DNA from: Tubiluchus corallicola
Lineage: Eukaryota > Animalia > Priapulida
Assembly: GCA_030141605.1 (NCBI GenBank)
Contig: JAQGDQ010000014.1
Span: forward strand, 124,001-188,000
Length of the DNA stretch: 64,000 nucleotides
Direction of reading: 5' to 3'
The notes below the pieces were generated by a model. The model was not told where the DNA came from. It saw only the letters and a program-made list of their open reading frames with translations, and ran no database searches. Each line of letters starts with the position of its first letter. Position 1 is the first letter of the stretch. The position numbers and the translations under genes were made by a program. Of the stretch, positions 1-11,618 are shown piece after piece.

Positions 1-1
1 G

Positions 2-343
2 GAGAAAGAATGTGAATATGTAAGACCAGCATGTACATACTTGGCACCAGAAGTATTTGAATATTCAATAATGACTATGAAATCTGATGTGTGGGCCTAT
101 GGTATGATTTTACACGAGATATTTTCTGTACCATCATTGGAAATACACCCAACTTATGAAAGGACTTCAGTCACCACAGCATTGAAGCCTAGGAGGAAGG
201 CTTGTTACCCTCCTTGCCCCAGGGACATTTATGAACAGACGGTAAAGTGCTGTAACCCAGTTCCTCATAAGCGTCCTTCTTTTCGGAAGTTGTATACGTT
301 TTTTGACAATTACAAAGTTGTTCATAACGTTGCAAAAAAATAA
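2..343 (+). CDS. C-terminal lobe of a divergent protein tyrosine kinase (5' part lies outside the window)
   Basis: Frame open from base 2: ...TYLAPEVFEYSIMTMKSDVWAYGMILHEIFS...CPRDIYEQTVKCCNPVPHKRPSF; APE, SDVWxxG, CP-x-x-xY and RPSF motifs of tyrosine kinase subdomains VIII-XI; stop at 341-343. Confidence 0.8.
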   Translation, partial: EKECEYVRPACTYLAPEVFEYSIMTMKSDVWAYGMILHEIFSVPSLEIHPTYERTSVTTALKPRRKACYPPCPRDIYEQTVKCCNPVPHKRPSFRKLYTFFDNYKVVHNVAKK

Positions 344-968
344 AAAATTAACGTAATGCTATTTTAGAAGTGACAGATCGTTGTTTTGGGATTAAAAAAA
401 TCGATCAGAATTTCTTTTCATCAATACCAATCAAACGTACATCGAAGATATGCAAAAAATACATAAGAATTAAACATTGTGATATTTTAAAGCGTTAACC
501 GAAAAGTATGTTTTTGTGAGCAAGCTCAAGTGTTTTCTGACAACCGATTTGTCCGATATTAAATAAAATATTGAGCCAATCAAACCTAAAGTTGTTAAAC
601 TGATCAGTCGATCACCAAGCAGCTATCGATCGTCACTGTTTATTTACGGACGACTGATTCACTTATTTAATTAATAATACTGGCATCGTTTGATCATTAT
701 GTTAACATTAAAGTCCAAACCTATGGATGAAATAAAATCACCACAAAAAAACAACAGACAGACTGGGAACCCCAATTGTGTTACAGCTTTATGATTTATT
801 CACTGTGTAGTTGTTTAAACATCAATTAACATCAATTTGTTGTACCCTCGCACTGCTAAATACTTTTGTATGTTTGCATATATGATATATGCATGTTTGA
901 TATACATTTTCAATAGAATTTTAAGTAACCGCTTAAGATCACATGACGAGATCTTAAGAACACAAAAA

Positions 969-1238
969 CCAGACGGTGCAGTCTAGCGGTAACACGTCCG
1001 CTTTCCATCTAAGAGGTCGTGAGTTCGATACTGTAGCCGGGTCATAGCAAAGACTTTAAAAATGCCACCTGCTGTTGCCGTGCCTGGCGCGTAGTATTTA
1101 GCATAAAAGTGGAGTAATAATAATCTTTGTTATATAGGTGTATTTTGTTATTTACAGTCGGCGATAAAAGCCTGATGACATGTCATGTCTGCTAAATGTA
1201 AAGACGACTTTAAATAAAGGATATTATAATTATTATTG
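969..1238 (+). mobile_element. tRNA-derived SINE with a Meta-like central domain
   Basis: A-box-like (gcagtctagcgg) and B-box-like (gagttcgatac) head, then gggtcatagcaaagactttaaaaatg...tgctgttgccgtgcctggcgcgtag and an AT-rich tail; second copy at 7499-7705. The MetaSINE assignment is from recalled consensus. Confidence 0.7.
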
Positions 1239-3100
1239 TGTAAGGATGCCCAAGACAGGATGATCATATCTATCTATCTATACATACATATAAATATGAG
1301 AGTGGGGATATTGAGAGTTATCAGTTGACTGTAATTAAGTGGCACTGTAATTCTTGTAACAAACGTAAAGACAGCTCAAGCCTGAAATGTAAATAAGTAA
1401 GACAAATGCAGCAGTTCACAGGCATTTCTTATTCGACATAACATGTGTATTACACGCAAAAAACATTACGCATTCTCAGTATCTCAGTGTGTACACAGGT
1501 TCTGCGTTTAGGTTTGCTCATAAAACTCCCTATACCCCATACTTATTCCCCATACTGACAGCCTTCGACAAAACAAAAATTTGCGAACAATTTATGTAAC
1601 CTGAAACTTGCAACTTAGGCACAATGCATCGTATATCATAATATAACTGAAAATAGACGCATAGTTGAGAAAAACATCGCGGTTTACTATGCCATAGCAG
1701 TTGCACCAAGCGTTTTCTGTACGCGAAAATACTTGTATAACCAAATCGACAATATGAAATATTAAGAGTAATTCCGGTTAAATAAATGGCGCTACAGACA
1801 AGATTTCATCTCAGGTTTATCGTTGAATTTACGACCTGAAACGGCGATTCGCCAATGGTAAAGTATTTAATGACGGTGGCAAATTAAAGCACTTTTATTT
1901 AGTTTTTCAATCTTCAAACTGCAATTTGTATACAGAACACATGTGGAATTCTGCCGTTTAAATACACCGAGTTTTTTATTTTGCTCATATGGGAAACTGT
2001 AACTGGTTAACAATTTTAGCTAATAAGCATTTTTGCTCGCTTTTGAACTTCATGGTTCTTCGACTTGCATATTTTATGCATATCTGAGAAGCGGACTATT
2101 CTGTCTGCGCAAAAACTTTCCGAACAAAACATTCTGTTAGCGAATTATCAATAATTCAGTTCGAAATAAATTACTAATAACAAACATCTGCCATTATTTG
2201 TTTTAAAATAAACTTTTATTTTTTTAACCTTTACTTGAAAAACATTCATAGTACAACGTTCTTTATAGTTCCAGTAATAAAATACTGATAAACCTTTCCT
2301 TAGAATCGGTATGGATAATCAAAATCAACAAAATGAAAAGTTATGGAATGAAAATGTTGCAATTCTGAATATATGCAAATCTTTTATCGTCTATACTCAG
2401 TAAACATGTTGATTCCTAGAGGCTGGTTCTCTCATGTATATGTAAAACTATCTTCAAGCTAAAACGACTCAATGTGGCATCAACTTAAATAATTTCAGTT
2501 AAATGCAAACAATGATATTTCAAATTACTGTAAATCAAAAATATAAGTGTTATCATTGGATGTCAAATGTGTGTGCGCCAAATCGCACGTTTCGCATATG
2601 AGTTTCCAGTTTTTGAAAAGCAATTTGAATCAAGAAACAGAAATTTATAAGTGACAACTGTCGCGCCTGTGACACAAGCAGTAATCAAACCACATAAAAA
2701 TGCTAAATGAAATGCACACGTGTAACATATGAAGAGCTATAGACACAATTTATTTGAAGTAATGATGAGAACTTACCTCTAGGCTAGTGAGTTAAAAGCA
2801 TAAAAAGTTTGTGATGTTAATATAAACACACACAACAAAAGCCAAAATAATGTAGGAAATTCACTGAAATACCTAATCACAAAAATGAAATAATGCAAGT
2901 GTACAAATAGGTAACAGATACATTTGAATGCTGAATAATATAAATGAATATTGAAAATACGTAATGTGCAGATTTGCTACAGAAAAAGATACAATCGAGT
3001 TCAACAAACTCAATAAAATTATCATGTTATTATTATGTCAGTGACTTAATTAATGTCTATCAAATAAACATCAATTTATACAGGCACACACAGCTTAAAT

Positions 3101-3410
3101 AACATGTCTCCAAATATTTCAACGGCAGTCTGCAGTCATTTTCAGTGATAGACTACACAAACAAACGACCAGTTATATAGGCAGAGCTACAGTACAGAAA
3201 TTATTCACTAATTATGTATTTACAAGGAAACCAAAATGCAATGAATTAATAGACCTGTAGAAAAGCTAGATTACATTTTGGCTTCCTTGTAGATAATAAT
3301 TAGTGAATAATTTCTGTACTGTTGTTCTGCCTTTATAACTGGTTGTCTGTTTGTGTAGTCTATCACTGAAGATGACTGCAGGCTGCAGTCGAAACATCTG
3401 GAGAAACGTT
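3101..3410. repeat. ~115-bp inverted repeat (arms ~3101-3215 and ~3296-3410) containing a Penelope-type hammerhead-ribozyme-like core
   Basis: Arms are visibly reverse-complementary (cagaaattattcactaattat / ataattagtgaataatttctg; ctgcagtcattttcagtgatagactacacaaac / gtttgtgtagtctatcactgaagatgactgcag). The right arm reads CTGAAGA-t-gactgcag-g-ctgcagtc-GAAAC-ATC. Confidence 0.7.
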
Positions 3411-3525
3411 TTTAGTTTAAAATTTTAATACAAGTTGTCTTCTTTTTATATCAAATAAACTTTTAAAACTGCCGATATACTTTTCTGTGAATCGCCTGTA
3501 TTAAAGTGCCTGAAAAATGCATAAT

Positions 3526-5352
3526 TCATGAAGGCACAACTTGTTTATCAAGCGAATCACAAAGTTCTTTAAACGAAGGCCTATCTCCCGGCTCAACCGA
3601 CCAAGTCTGCAGCTGTAATGTATAAATATCAAGTGGGCACAAGCTGCAACAAGGTATTCGATATGTGCCCTCGAGCACTCGCTTTACATAGTCATGCCCA
3701 TTAAGCTCACTATACGGGATCTCACCCTTGGAAAATACTTCATGGACCACTATACCAAACGACCAAACATCAGCTTTAACAGTTACAGCCCCTCCAAGAA
3801 CAGTTTCGGGGGCCTGCCACCGAATGGGAGAAAACTTTAATCGCCGCGGATCGTCATCAATGAAGTCCAAAGCGTAGTCTGATACTTTCACTTGCAAATC
3901 TGACATCAGATGGACATTACATGCACGAAGTTTTCCATGAGGAGTTCGCTTTTGTTCTAAATATGACATCCCACTAGCAATCTGTGTCAAAAACAGAATA
4001 ATCCGGGAAAGTTCAATATCAGTATTAATGGTAACATAGTCAAGAAGATTTCCACCTGGTGCAAGTTCCATGATATAATCTAATTCTTGGCCAATTTCAT
4101 TAGGTTTGCTGCTGTAGGGAATGCATGTGCCATAAACTTGAAGTAAATTTGGATGGTAGACCTTCTCTCGGCGTATCATAGAAGCGATGTCCATTGCATT
4201 TGTCCCGGGAACAGTTCGTCTTGCTGCTACTCTCAGCTTCAACATGCGAATCTCCAGAACTGCTTCAAACACTGTTCCCATGGCACCTTTTCCAAGCTCA
4301 TCTTCAAGAGTAAGAGCTGTTGTGGGTATTTCAGCTGGAAGTCGGGTTTCAAACAATGTGGGTTTAGTGCGTTCTAGTGGCACAGTTAAGCGACAACACA
4401 AGCCATCACCATTTGTAAAGGAGTTGATCAGATCAAACAAGGATTCAAAAACGCGATTATCTAGGGTAAACTGAGTTTCATCATCCGACACACATATATC
4501 GTAATGATAGACAATGCACTTGTTGTCTTCTACTCGGTCAAACACAGTCAAAATATAACTTGAACATCTACTGTCTTCAGTAGCAAGTTGTTCGTGCACA
4601 CAAAACATACCTTGTGAAATACCGGGAGTTGACTTAATGTGAAATTCAGCATACTTCCTGCCTAGTACACCATGATACCATGGATTGGCATCAAGACTAC
4701 CTACCTCAGCAACAAGAAGAGAATTAACATACCCTTCAACTCTTGTAGTCAAATGCTTCCCCCTCCACCAGAACTCGTGACGAGAGTGGGTGGGGTCGCT
4801 TTCATGTTTGTACAACAAATCCAACTGATCGCCTTTCTTAAAACTCAATTCTCCTGTTTGCTCTGCAGTATAATCAAAAAGCGCAATAACACTTAGTCGA
4901 GGAGTGTTCGGGTATTCTGAACCAGGCGGTGTACCCCACCAGAAGCACTCCTGTCCGGGATGAGAAAACCTGTCTTCATCTGCTTTGTCAAATATCAGTT
5001 TACCACGTAATTGGGTAGGCCTCGGACTCTCAGATAAGCTTAGGTCTTCTAGTGGCACCATTTCCTCGCTGCTGCTGCTGAACAAACCTGTTGGACTTGG
5101 GCCTGGACTTGGAGTTCCATAACTTGTTTTCCGTTGATGATCACCACTTCTTTTCCTTTGGAAACCTCCACTACTTTTCGATCCATGTGCAATATTTCTA
5201 AGATGCGTTGGCGACATCAAATCAGTGTCGTGACTGCTCTTCCTACGGTTTCCACCACTGAACTTTCTTGTCCTACTAAGTTCAGCCTTTTCTGATTCCG
5301 ATGGTTCACCCCCTGAGACCTTTCTTTTCACTGCTTTCAACAGCTTAGACAT
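3526..5352 (-). CDS. Src-like SH3-SH2-tyrosine kinase-fold protein, intronless coding region, probable pseudokinase
   Basis: 608-aa ORF: SH3 (IALFDY...ELSFKKGD...WW...EGYV), SH2 (PWYHG...R..AE...GMFCVHE...YHY.I...F.SL.DLI...GLCCRL), kinase (LGKGAMG, HPNLLQVYG, ELAPGGNL, QIASGMSYLE, PIRWQAPE, DVWSFG, RPSF). Confidence 0.9.
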   Translation of the reverse strand: MSKLLKAVKRKVSGGEPSESEKAELSRTRKFSGGNRRKSSHDTDLMSPTHLRNIAHGSKSSGGFQRKRSGDHQRKTSYGTPSPGPSPTGLFSSSSEEMVPLEDLSLSESPRPTQLRGKLIFDKADEDRFSHPGQECFWWGTPPGSEYPNTPRLSVIALFDYTAEQTGELSFKKGDQLDLLYKHESDPTHSRHEFWWRGKHLTTRVEGYVNSLLVAEVGSLDANPWYHGVLGRKYAEFHIKSTPGISQGMFCVHEQLATEDSRCSSYILTVFDRVEDNKCIVYHYDICVSDDETQFTLDNRVFESLFDLINSFTNGDGLCCRLTVPLERTKPTLFETRLPAEIPTTALTLEDELGKGAMGTVFEAVLEIRMLKLRVAARRTVPGTNAMDIASMIRREKVYHPNLLQVYGTCIPYSSKPNEIGQELDYIMELAPGGNLLDYVTINTDIELSRIILFLTQIASGMSYLEQKRTPHGKLRACNVHLMSDLQVKVSDYALDFIDDDPRRLKFSPIRWQAPETVLGGAVTVKADVWSFGIVVHEVFSKGEIPYSELNGHDYVKRVLEGTYRIPCCSLCPLDIYTLQLQTWSVEPGDRPSFKELCDSLDKQVVPS

Positions 5353-7498
5353 TTTTAGCGAATTTCTGTGCGGAACACGAGAGATCGGGCACTGGTTGCT
5401 TGTCGACTGTTCAAGCTCCTATGACCAGGCTTCACAAAATAGCCACATTTCTCACAGTGGCAAAAGCACAGCTTGGTGATTAACACTCATTACTTTAGCT
5501 TATCTAAACAAGTTTTTGCCGAAACCATGAATAATGCGCTATTTGTACATCTGGCTGGTATTAACCAGAATCCCTGGCAACCATATCGGCCTTTGCCGGA
5601 AGCCAGGTTTTACCTCAACACAAGAAACCACTCTGCCTCACTTCAGTGTAGTATTCCAACTCTTCACAATCGAACAGCAGCTAAATAGACAACACTCGTA
5701 TATAATTATCTCGCACCTGCGCTGGCGCAGAACACTTGGAAATATCTGACTATGCCAGAGAGTAAGCAACGACAGGAAACGCCGCAGGAAAGCTAATAGC
5801 ACAGGACGTGAATTCTGTACATACGAGCCACTCAGACACATGAAATATTCAAACTAAGGCAACTGCAATAGCTTTTACAATCTGCAATTACCCGGGTGCA
5901 GAACGTCAATAAATAAATGAATACGCAATCATAGTAAGCACTTTGCGGCGGCCACGGATTCGTATTTATATTTAGAAGTGCTCAAGCCAGAGCAAGAACC
6001 TTGGCACAGATTGATCATCGCAAATTATCCAACAGCAAAACAGGGTCAAAATATCAGCATCCGATTAGTGATCTAACATTACTAAATAAATGGTTTGTAC
6101 GTTGTAAATTGTAGGTAATTGAGAATAAATCCTCCAGAAGAGAGGAAAGAGAATAATAAAAAATCACTATATTAAAAAGAAACGCAGTTTCTAAACTTTC
6201 CTACTAATTTTCTTTACTTTATGTAGAGGTTGTGGCGGAACTGGAATCTACCTAAGTATCAAAAATAAGACATAGAATCGGCAGAGAAGTTTTAACCACA
6301 TTTGCAATTATTTACATCTTCCCTCTACTCACAGAAGGTAAATAGGTGGCAGTGATGGGGTGGTTTTTCATCCGTTACCCATTCATTTACTAACGATGAC
6401 TGGCATTCTTAACTTTGTTTAACAGTCGCTAATTACACCACCTAGCCGTAACACTTGGCCTTTTCCCTAGCGATATTATACCTTTAGGAGTTTAGGTGAA
6501 AAAAGAAAATACGTGCAAAACTGACCATACACGTATACACGGAGAAAATATTAAGAGACATTAAGAAAAGAAAAGTACCGTTATTATAGTATCACCATCA
6601 ATATTACAAGACACGTCTAAAATCGTGTATATAGTTATATACAAACCAAAAATATCCAGTACCTATTTGTTAGAAATAACAGCCTACTGTTCTCAATGCC
6701 TTGTTCAACTTATATCGGAATACTGCTATTCTTATTGTCATAATTATATTTCACTCTAGCTTTTTTACACTTCTGTTTTTTATTTTTTTCATCAAATGCT
6801 GAATTTAAACCACAATTCTTGGTGTCTTGTAATGTTTACTTTTTCGTAACATAGTTGCAGCTAGTGAAAAAAGAACTTTGAAGCGCAGCACAATGCACGA
6901 GGACCTCCATCAACTAGGTCTACTTGACTTATAACTTTTTAATTATTATTACTTAATAATTTACTAATAATTCTTGTCTTCTGTTTTACATTCAAATTAA
7001 ATATGCACTTGATCAAGAACTAGTCCACACTTACGTTTGGAGACGAAATCATTTTGTTATAACACAGACGAACCCGTGTGTAATCTACTCTTTTGAGACT
7101 GCCTAGTACCTACTAATGCCATCTATCTGCAAAATTTAAGCTATTCATTGGCTTCATGCAAGAGTGGCAAAGCAAGGGAGCCCACTGCATGTAACTGCAC
7201 ACGTGAATAACCGTTCAGTATACACGTAATGAACTCGAAAATCTGACTTATGAATTGGTTTTCATCCGAGTTTTAGTTTTTGACGACTGTGAGAAAATAG
7301 TGAAAGATGACTTAAAAACTAAACTATGCACAAAAGCTAAAAAGACAGCTTCGAATAGCAGCTATATTGACCTCAGGAGCGAAAACTTCTGCACAAGAGA
7401 AGACCTTTTGTACCCTTCCGACATTCCAACTTTAAAGTCTAATTACGATTAAATGTGTGACATGGTGGCCTTTCGCCTCGCCAACATTGCGCGATGTG

Positions 7499-7705
7499 CT
7501 ATAATAATAATAATATATTATTTAAAGTCGGCTTTTGGATGAACACTTAAAATGAGCTCCAAAGAGCTTTTTAACCGACTGTAAATAACAGCCCACAACT
7601 ACATAACAGAGACTATTAATGCTCACTTCTACCCTAAATACCACGCGCCAAGCAGGGCAACAGCAAGTACCATTTTTAAAGTCTCTGGTATGACCCGATC
7701 TGGTA
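7499..7705 (-). mobile_element. 5'-truncated copy of the SINE family at 969-1238
   Basis: Reverse complement reads cgggtcataccagagactttaaaaatggtacttgctgttgccctgcttggcgcgtggtatttag...gttatttacagtcgg...gactttaaataa followed by a (tta)n tail, matching the first copy. Confidence 0.7.
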
Positions 7706-9288
7706 GATTTTTACTTTTTGATAAGTGGTTATAATGTAAGCAATTTTGCTTCTGTCGCCACGTCACTCCCCACATCACTTATTTTACAATTTTTTGTATA
7801 AAAATTTGTTTTTAATTAAATTCATGCAGCTGAGTCACTGTAAATTAACTTTCGCACTGTGCACGTAGTTTTATAAATTTGGTTTCTACTGATGCCTACT
7901 GTACACTAAATTTGGTTTCTACCTGTTACCTACAGGTACACTTTTACTGGTTTTAAAAAAACATTACTTGTGAACATGCATTATAGCTGGTTTTCATAAA
8001 CAAATATTTATATGGCTATGCATCACTTTGGAAAACATTTCACAATGGACAATCTTAAGTACAAGATATATACTGCTTTCAGTTTGAAACCATTTTGTAA
8101 CTTTTAGAGGGTGTCATAAAATTAGTGCCGAGAAAATTCGTAATATTTATATCACACCTGCTGCAAGATTTGCAGGGAATGTCTCATAAACATATAATGC
8201 AACTGTTATACTGCATAGGTTTGGTTCAGACCATCGCTGTAACATTTTCCAGTGCTGACTGTACAAAATGCTAAACAAAATTTCATTTCACTTGACAATT
8301 TTGATGACATTAATAAAACGGAAAATTGAATGAAAATGCGCTATCAAACACGAAGAGTGGTCGATAATTTTTACACGGCCACGCAAAAATATCATCGGTG
8401 AATTCTCGCCCCAGTTATTAAATGTCAAACAAGGGTGCGTTTGACACAGTTAAGAAATCGGTTCTATTTTTTGCTAAGTTCAGCTAAACTTTGATACTAA
8501 ACACATAAAAAGCGATTACCTATAAAACTGTGCTTTTGAATATCTTTAGTTTGAACGCATAACTTTCGTACTTGAAATTAAACACACGAAAAGTCCCTTT
8601 TGGTGAGTATCGCGGCAACAGATTCGAAAGAGTGTATAACTGTACTATAATTACGCAAAACCGTGATGTCAACAGGGCTCATGTCAAAAGAAATGAGAGT
8701 CTGTGCCTACACAACCATGCGTGAACAAAGAATTTTCCTGTAGTGAACTGTTTTAGTTAGAAAACAGAAAACTAGCACCCCAAGTTGTCAGAATTGCCAT
8801 CCATCCAGGTGCAGTTGCTTGCCCCTATTTGCAACAACTTTCACCTTCCATTAATTAGCCATTACGATAAATGTTGATTTAGGTTTATTAATTCACAGTT
8901 CAGTGTCCTAAAACTCTAAAATCTACTAAAGAGATTCAAGCAATTGCAATGCGAACCCATTTTCTAGCCTTTAAGCGAGAAAAACATCCCTCTGCGGGGT
9001 AGCTGATCCAATCTAATGTCTACTCTAAACAAACAAATATCGTATTCAGGCGAATAGGCTCTTGTACGCGAGTGTGTGGCAATACTTAAGAGAAATGTGA
9101 TTCCGATGTCGAGACTAAATAATTACTTCGCTTTCCGTCAGAAACCGACTGCATGCCATCTTGGCTGAGTAATTGTGACAATCTACACTGGACTGCTATC
9201 GCCATTCATATGCCATTATCGGCATTTGATGGTCATGAAAAGCAAATGATCTCGGGAAACCATAGTGTAGACGTTTCAAAAAGCTCAC

Positions 9289-9420
9289 CTAGTAGCGCCT
9301 GAAACAGCCTGCTTTTGAAGATCCTGATGACTTTTTCGATTGCTTGCCTCAGGGCTCGGTCGTTGGGCTTCGTCAATTTGCTGTGGTAGTCTTCCAGTAA
9401 TTCTAACGCCCGGTGAGCAT
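9289..9420 (-). CDS. dlg1: Discs large (DLG1/SAP97-like MAGUK), L27-domain exon
   Basis: Encodes (D)AHRALELLEDYHSKLTKPNDRALRQAIEKVIRIFKSRLFQALL, the hallmark DLG1 L27 sequence; acceptor attttcag, donor G|gtgag, 132 nt, phase 1-1. Confidence 0.93.
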
Positions 9421-10025
9421 CTGAAAATAAGCAAAGGTGGATATTGAAAAGGACGCAAACAGAAGAACACAAGAGGACAAATTCCTAAAACAATCACAAA
9501 AACAAAACATAATATACATTTAGTAGATGAGACTAATTATTAAATTACTAATACCGGTAACTAACTAGCAACCATGTCATAGGATTATTGATTTTTCTGA
9601 AGTCTTGCGACGTTTTGTACAACTGTTTGGGTTAAATGATGCAGTGTAAAGCTAACTGTGACGCTTTTGGAAGTAGCATAAAGTAAACTGCAACTTTCAT
9701 GTTACTGCAGGTTTTGGACTGGAAAAAATCTCTCTTAAAGGACAAGAAAAGGGGTACCTGAAGTAGATTTCAGAAAAATCGTCTCAGTGCCTTCTAGCTT
9801 GTTTCAAATAACTTATCGTCAAAATGGCTGCGTCTAACGGTCATTGCGGGAGTTTAAACTTACAGGTTTTATACAGCGTTACTACAGATGCAAGGCCTGT
9901 AGGTAAAAAGCAGTTATGTAAGTGGTATAAATTTCAAGACGAATTTTTAAGCTTTATGCAAGTGAATGGTTTGCTAGTGCTTTAAAGTGTTTGGCAAATA
10001 AAATAAAACAGTGCTAGGCGTTCTT

Positions 10026-10245
10026 GACACAGGGGTTTTCGACACAGGCTACTTCGACAGATAGGACATTGGGACACATAGGACATTTCGACACAAGGAC
10101 ATTTGGACACAGAACATTTCAGACAAGGACATTAGGACGCACAGGACATTACGATACAAGGACATTTGGACACAAGGGCATTTTGACACATTGGACATTT
10201 GGACACATAGGACACTTCGACACAAGGACATTTGGACACATGGAA
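10026..10245. repeat. Tandem array of 15-18-bp units (ggacatttcgacacaa / ggacatttggacacata)
   Basis: About 13 degenerate adjacent copies; resembles the subterminal arrays of foldback-type DNA elements elsewhere in the window. Confidence 0.8.
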
Positions 10246-10401
10246 CATCATAACTTCAGTTTCAATCAATCACCTTCACGTAATGAGAGGCATAGTGACT
10301 GCAGTAGGGATTTTAGGGGAAGACAGTAAAAAAGATTCCTCTCGTTGCTACAAATTAACTCATTTAATAAGATGAATACCTGTACCACTATTATCTGTAA
10401 C

Positions 10402-10790
10402 CAGGGCCGGACTATGACCTTTTGGGGGTCCCTCAGACTGAGCCACCCTCTAACTCGCCCGCACCTGTCTTGAATATTTTTTACTCGCGATATATTTTAG
10501 CGACATTTATATAGCTTGAAGTAAACTTATTGCGAATTCTTCAAATAAACTAGAATAGCAATCTTTTGTTTGTCAATAAAATGTTCTTAAGAAATAACAC
10601 ATTTTTACTATTTACTGCAAACCAAATTAGCATTAGGTTAAAGCGTAGCGGATGTTACATTCACTGTTAGCACATATTTCCACACAACCGCAGTGAAAAA
10701 AACGTATTTTTTACGATATACGTATTACCAAAGTTTGAGAGCCCCCGTTTGAGTGGCCCCAGGTTGTAACCTTTTCGATAAATCCACACC
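10402..10790. mobile_element. Degenerate non-autonomous DNA transposon related to 12035-12394
   Basis: Begins cagggccggactatga...ttttggggg and shares internal gagc.ac.ctctaa...ctcgc...ttttact.g.gatata with the 12035 copy; 3' end decayed. Confidence 0.5.
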
Positions 10791-11032
10791 CATTTATACG
10801 ATTAAACGTTTAGCAACTGTGCAAAAGCAGTTTAACTGTTCCGTAATTAAGCCTTTGTCTTACATGAGCTATTAATAAGGCTTCACGTTGATTGATGAAA
10901 CCACACATATTGTGAAGTAACAAACAATTGACTATTATTACAGATTTGAAATTATTTGCATAAAGCATATAGCAAATTTAAAAAGAACCGAAAACTCCCT
11001 AATACTTTTGCTAGTATATTAGTATAATGATA

Positions 11033-11427
11033 CAGGGTTCCCACAGAATTTTAAACTACATTTCCTTGACTTTTCCATGACTTTTCCCTGACCAATATTG
11101 ATTTTCCATGACGGAGATAAGCAGAAATTGCATAACATGTACACATAGTCAAACATTTTTTGTGTATGGACATTCATTCATATACTGGTATATAATGTGT
11201 TGGCCAATCATTATTTTTGGAACAGAAATCGAAACAAGGAGTCTGCCATAGCAAAATTTTATTTGAACACGAATCGCTGAAAAATATGTTTGGGAAAATA
11301 TCGGTTCACGGTGATTATTTTTGCAACCCTGACTTTTTGTCCCATTTTCATCATTTTCCCAGACTTTTCCAAGACTTTCCTGGATAGTCTTTATTTTCAA
11401 GGATTTTCCCTGAACGTGGAAGCCTTG
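11033..11427. mobile_element. TA-flanked MITE with imperfect TIRs (cagggttcccac ... gtggaagccttg)
   Basis: TA on both sides; internal repeated gacttttcc motifs. Confidence 0.6.
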
Positions 11428-11539
11428 TAAATACAGGCTTAATGAATACATCAGTAAGAAATTTTAAATGCAATGAAACAATTTATAAAAAAATCGTAAT
11501 TTATTATAAACTCTGGAGTGAGAATCACCAAACAGAGGC

Positions 11540-11618
11540 CATTGTGTTCAAACGTACCACCTACTCACATATTACACACATTGTGCTCACACGTACCACC
11601 TACTGACCTATTACACAT
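11540..11618. repeat. Two-copy ~39-bp tandem duplication
   Basis: cattgtgttcaaacgtaccacctactcacatattacaca followed by cattgtgctcacacgtaccacctactgacctattacaca. Confidence 0.7.

Noticed and set aside
969-1045. tRNA gene (also 14495-14570 and 20490-20566)
   Set aside because: A/B boxes present but no intact cloverleaf; each continues into SINE-like body sequence.
5353-9289. L27-kinase fusion by splicing the Dlg L27 exon to the acceptor at 5365
   Set aside because: The phase-1 join reads GAA ATT CGC TAA: out of frame with the kinase and stops at once.
10024-10329. CRISPR-like array or repetitive GHIGHFDTRTF protein
   Set aside because: Units are adjacent and degenerate with no unique spacers, no cas genes, eukaryotic context; the ORF is a by-product of a stop-free repeat.
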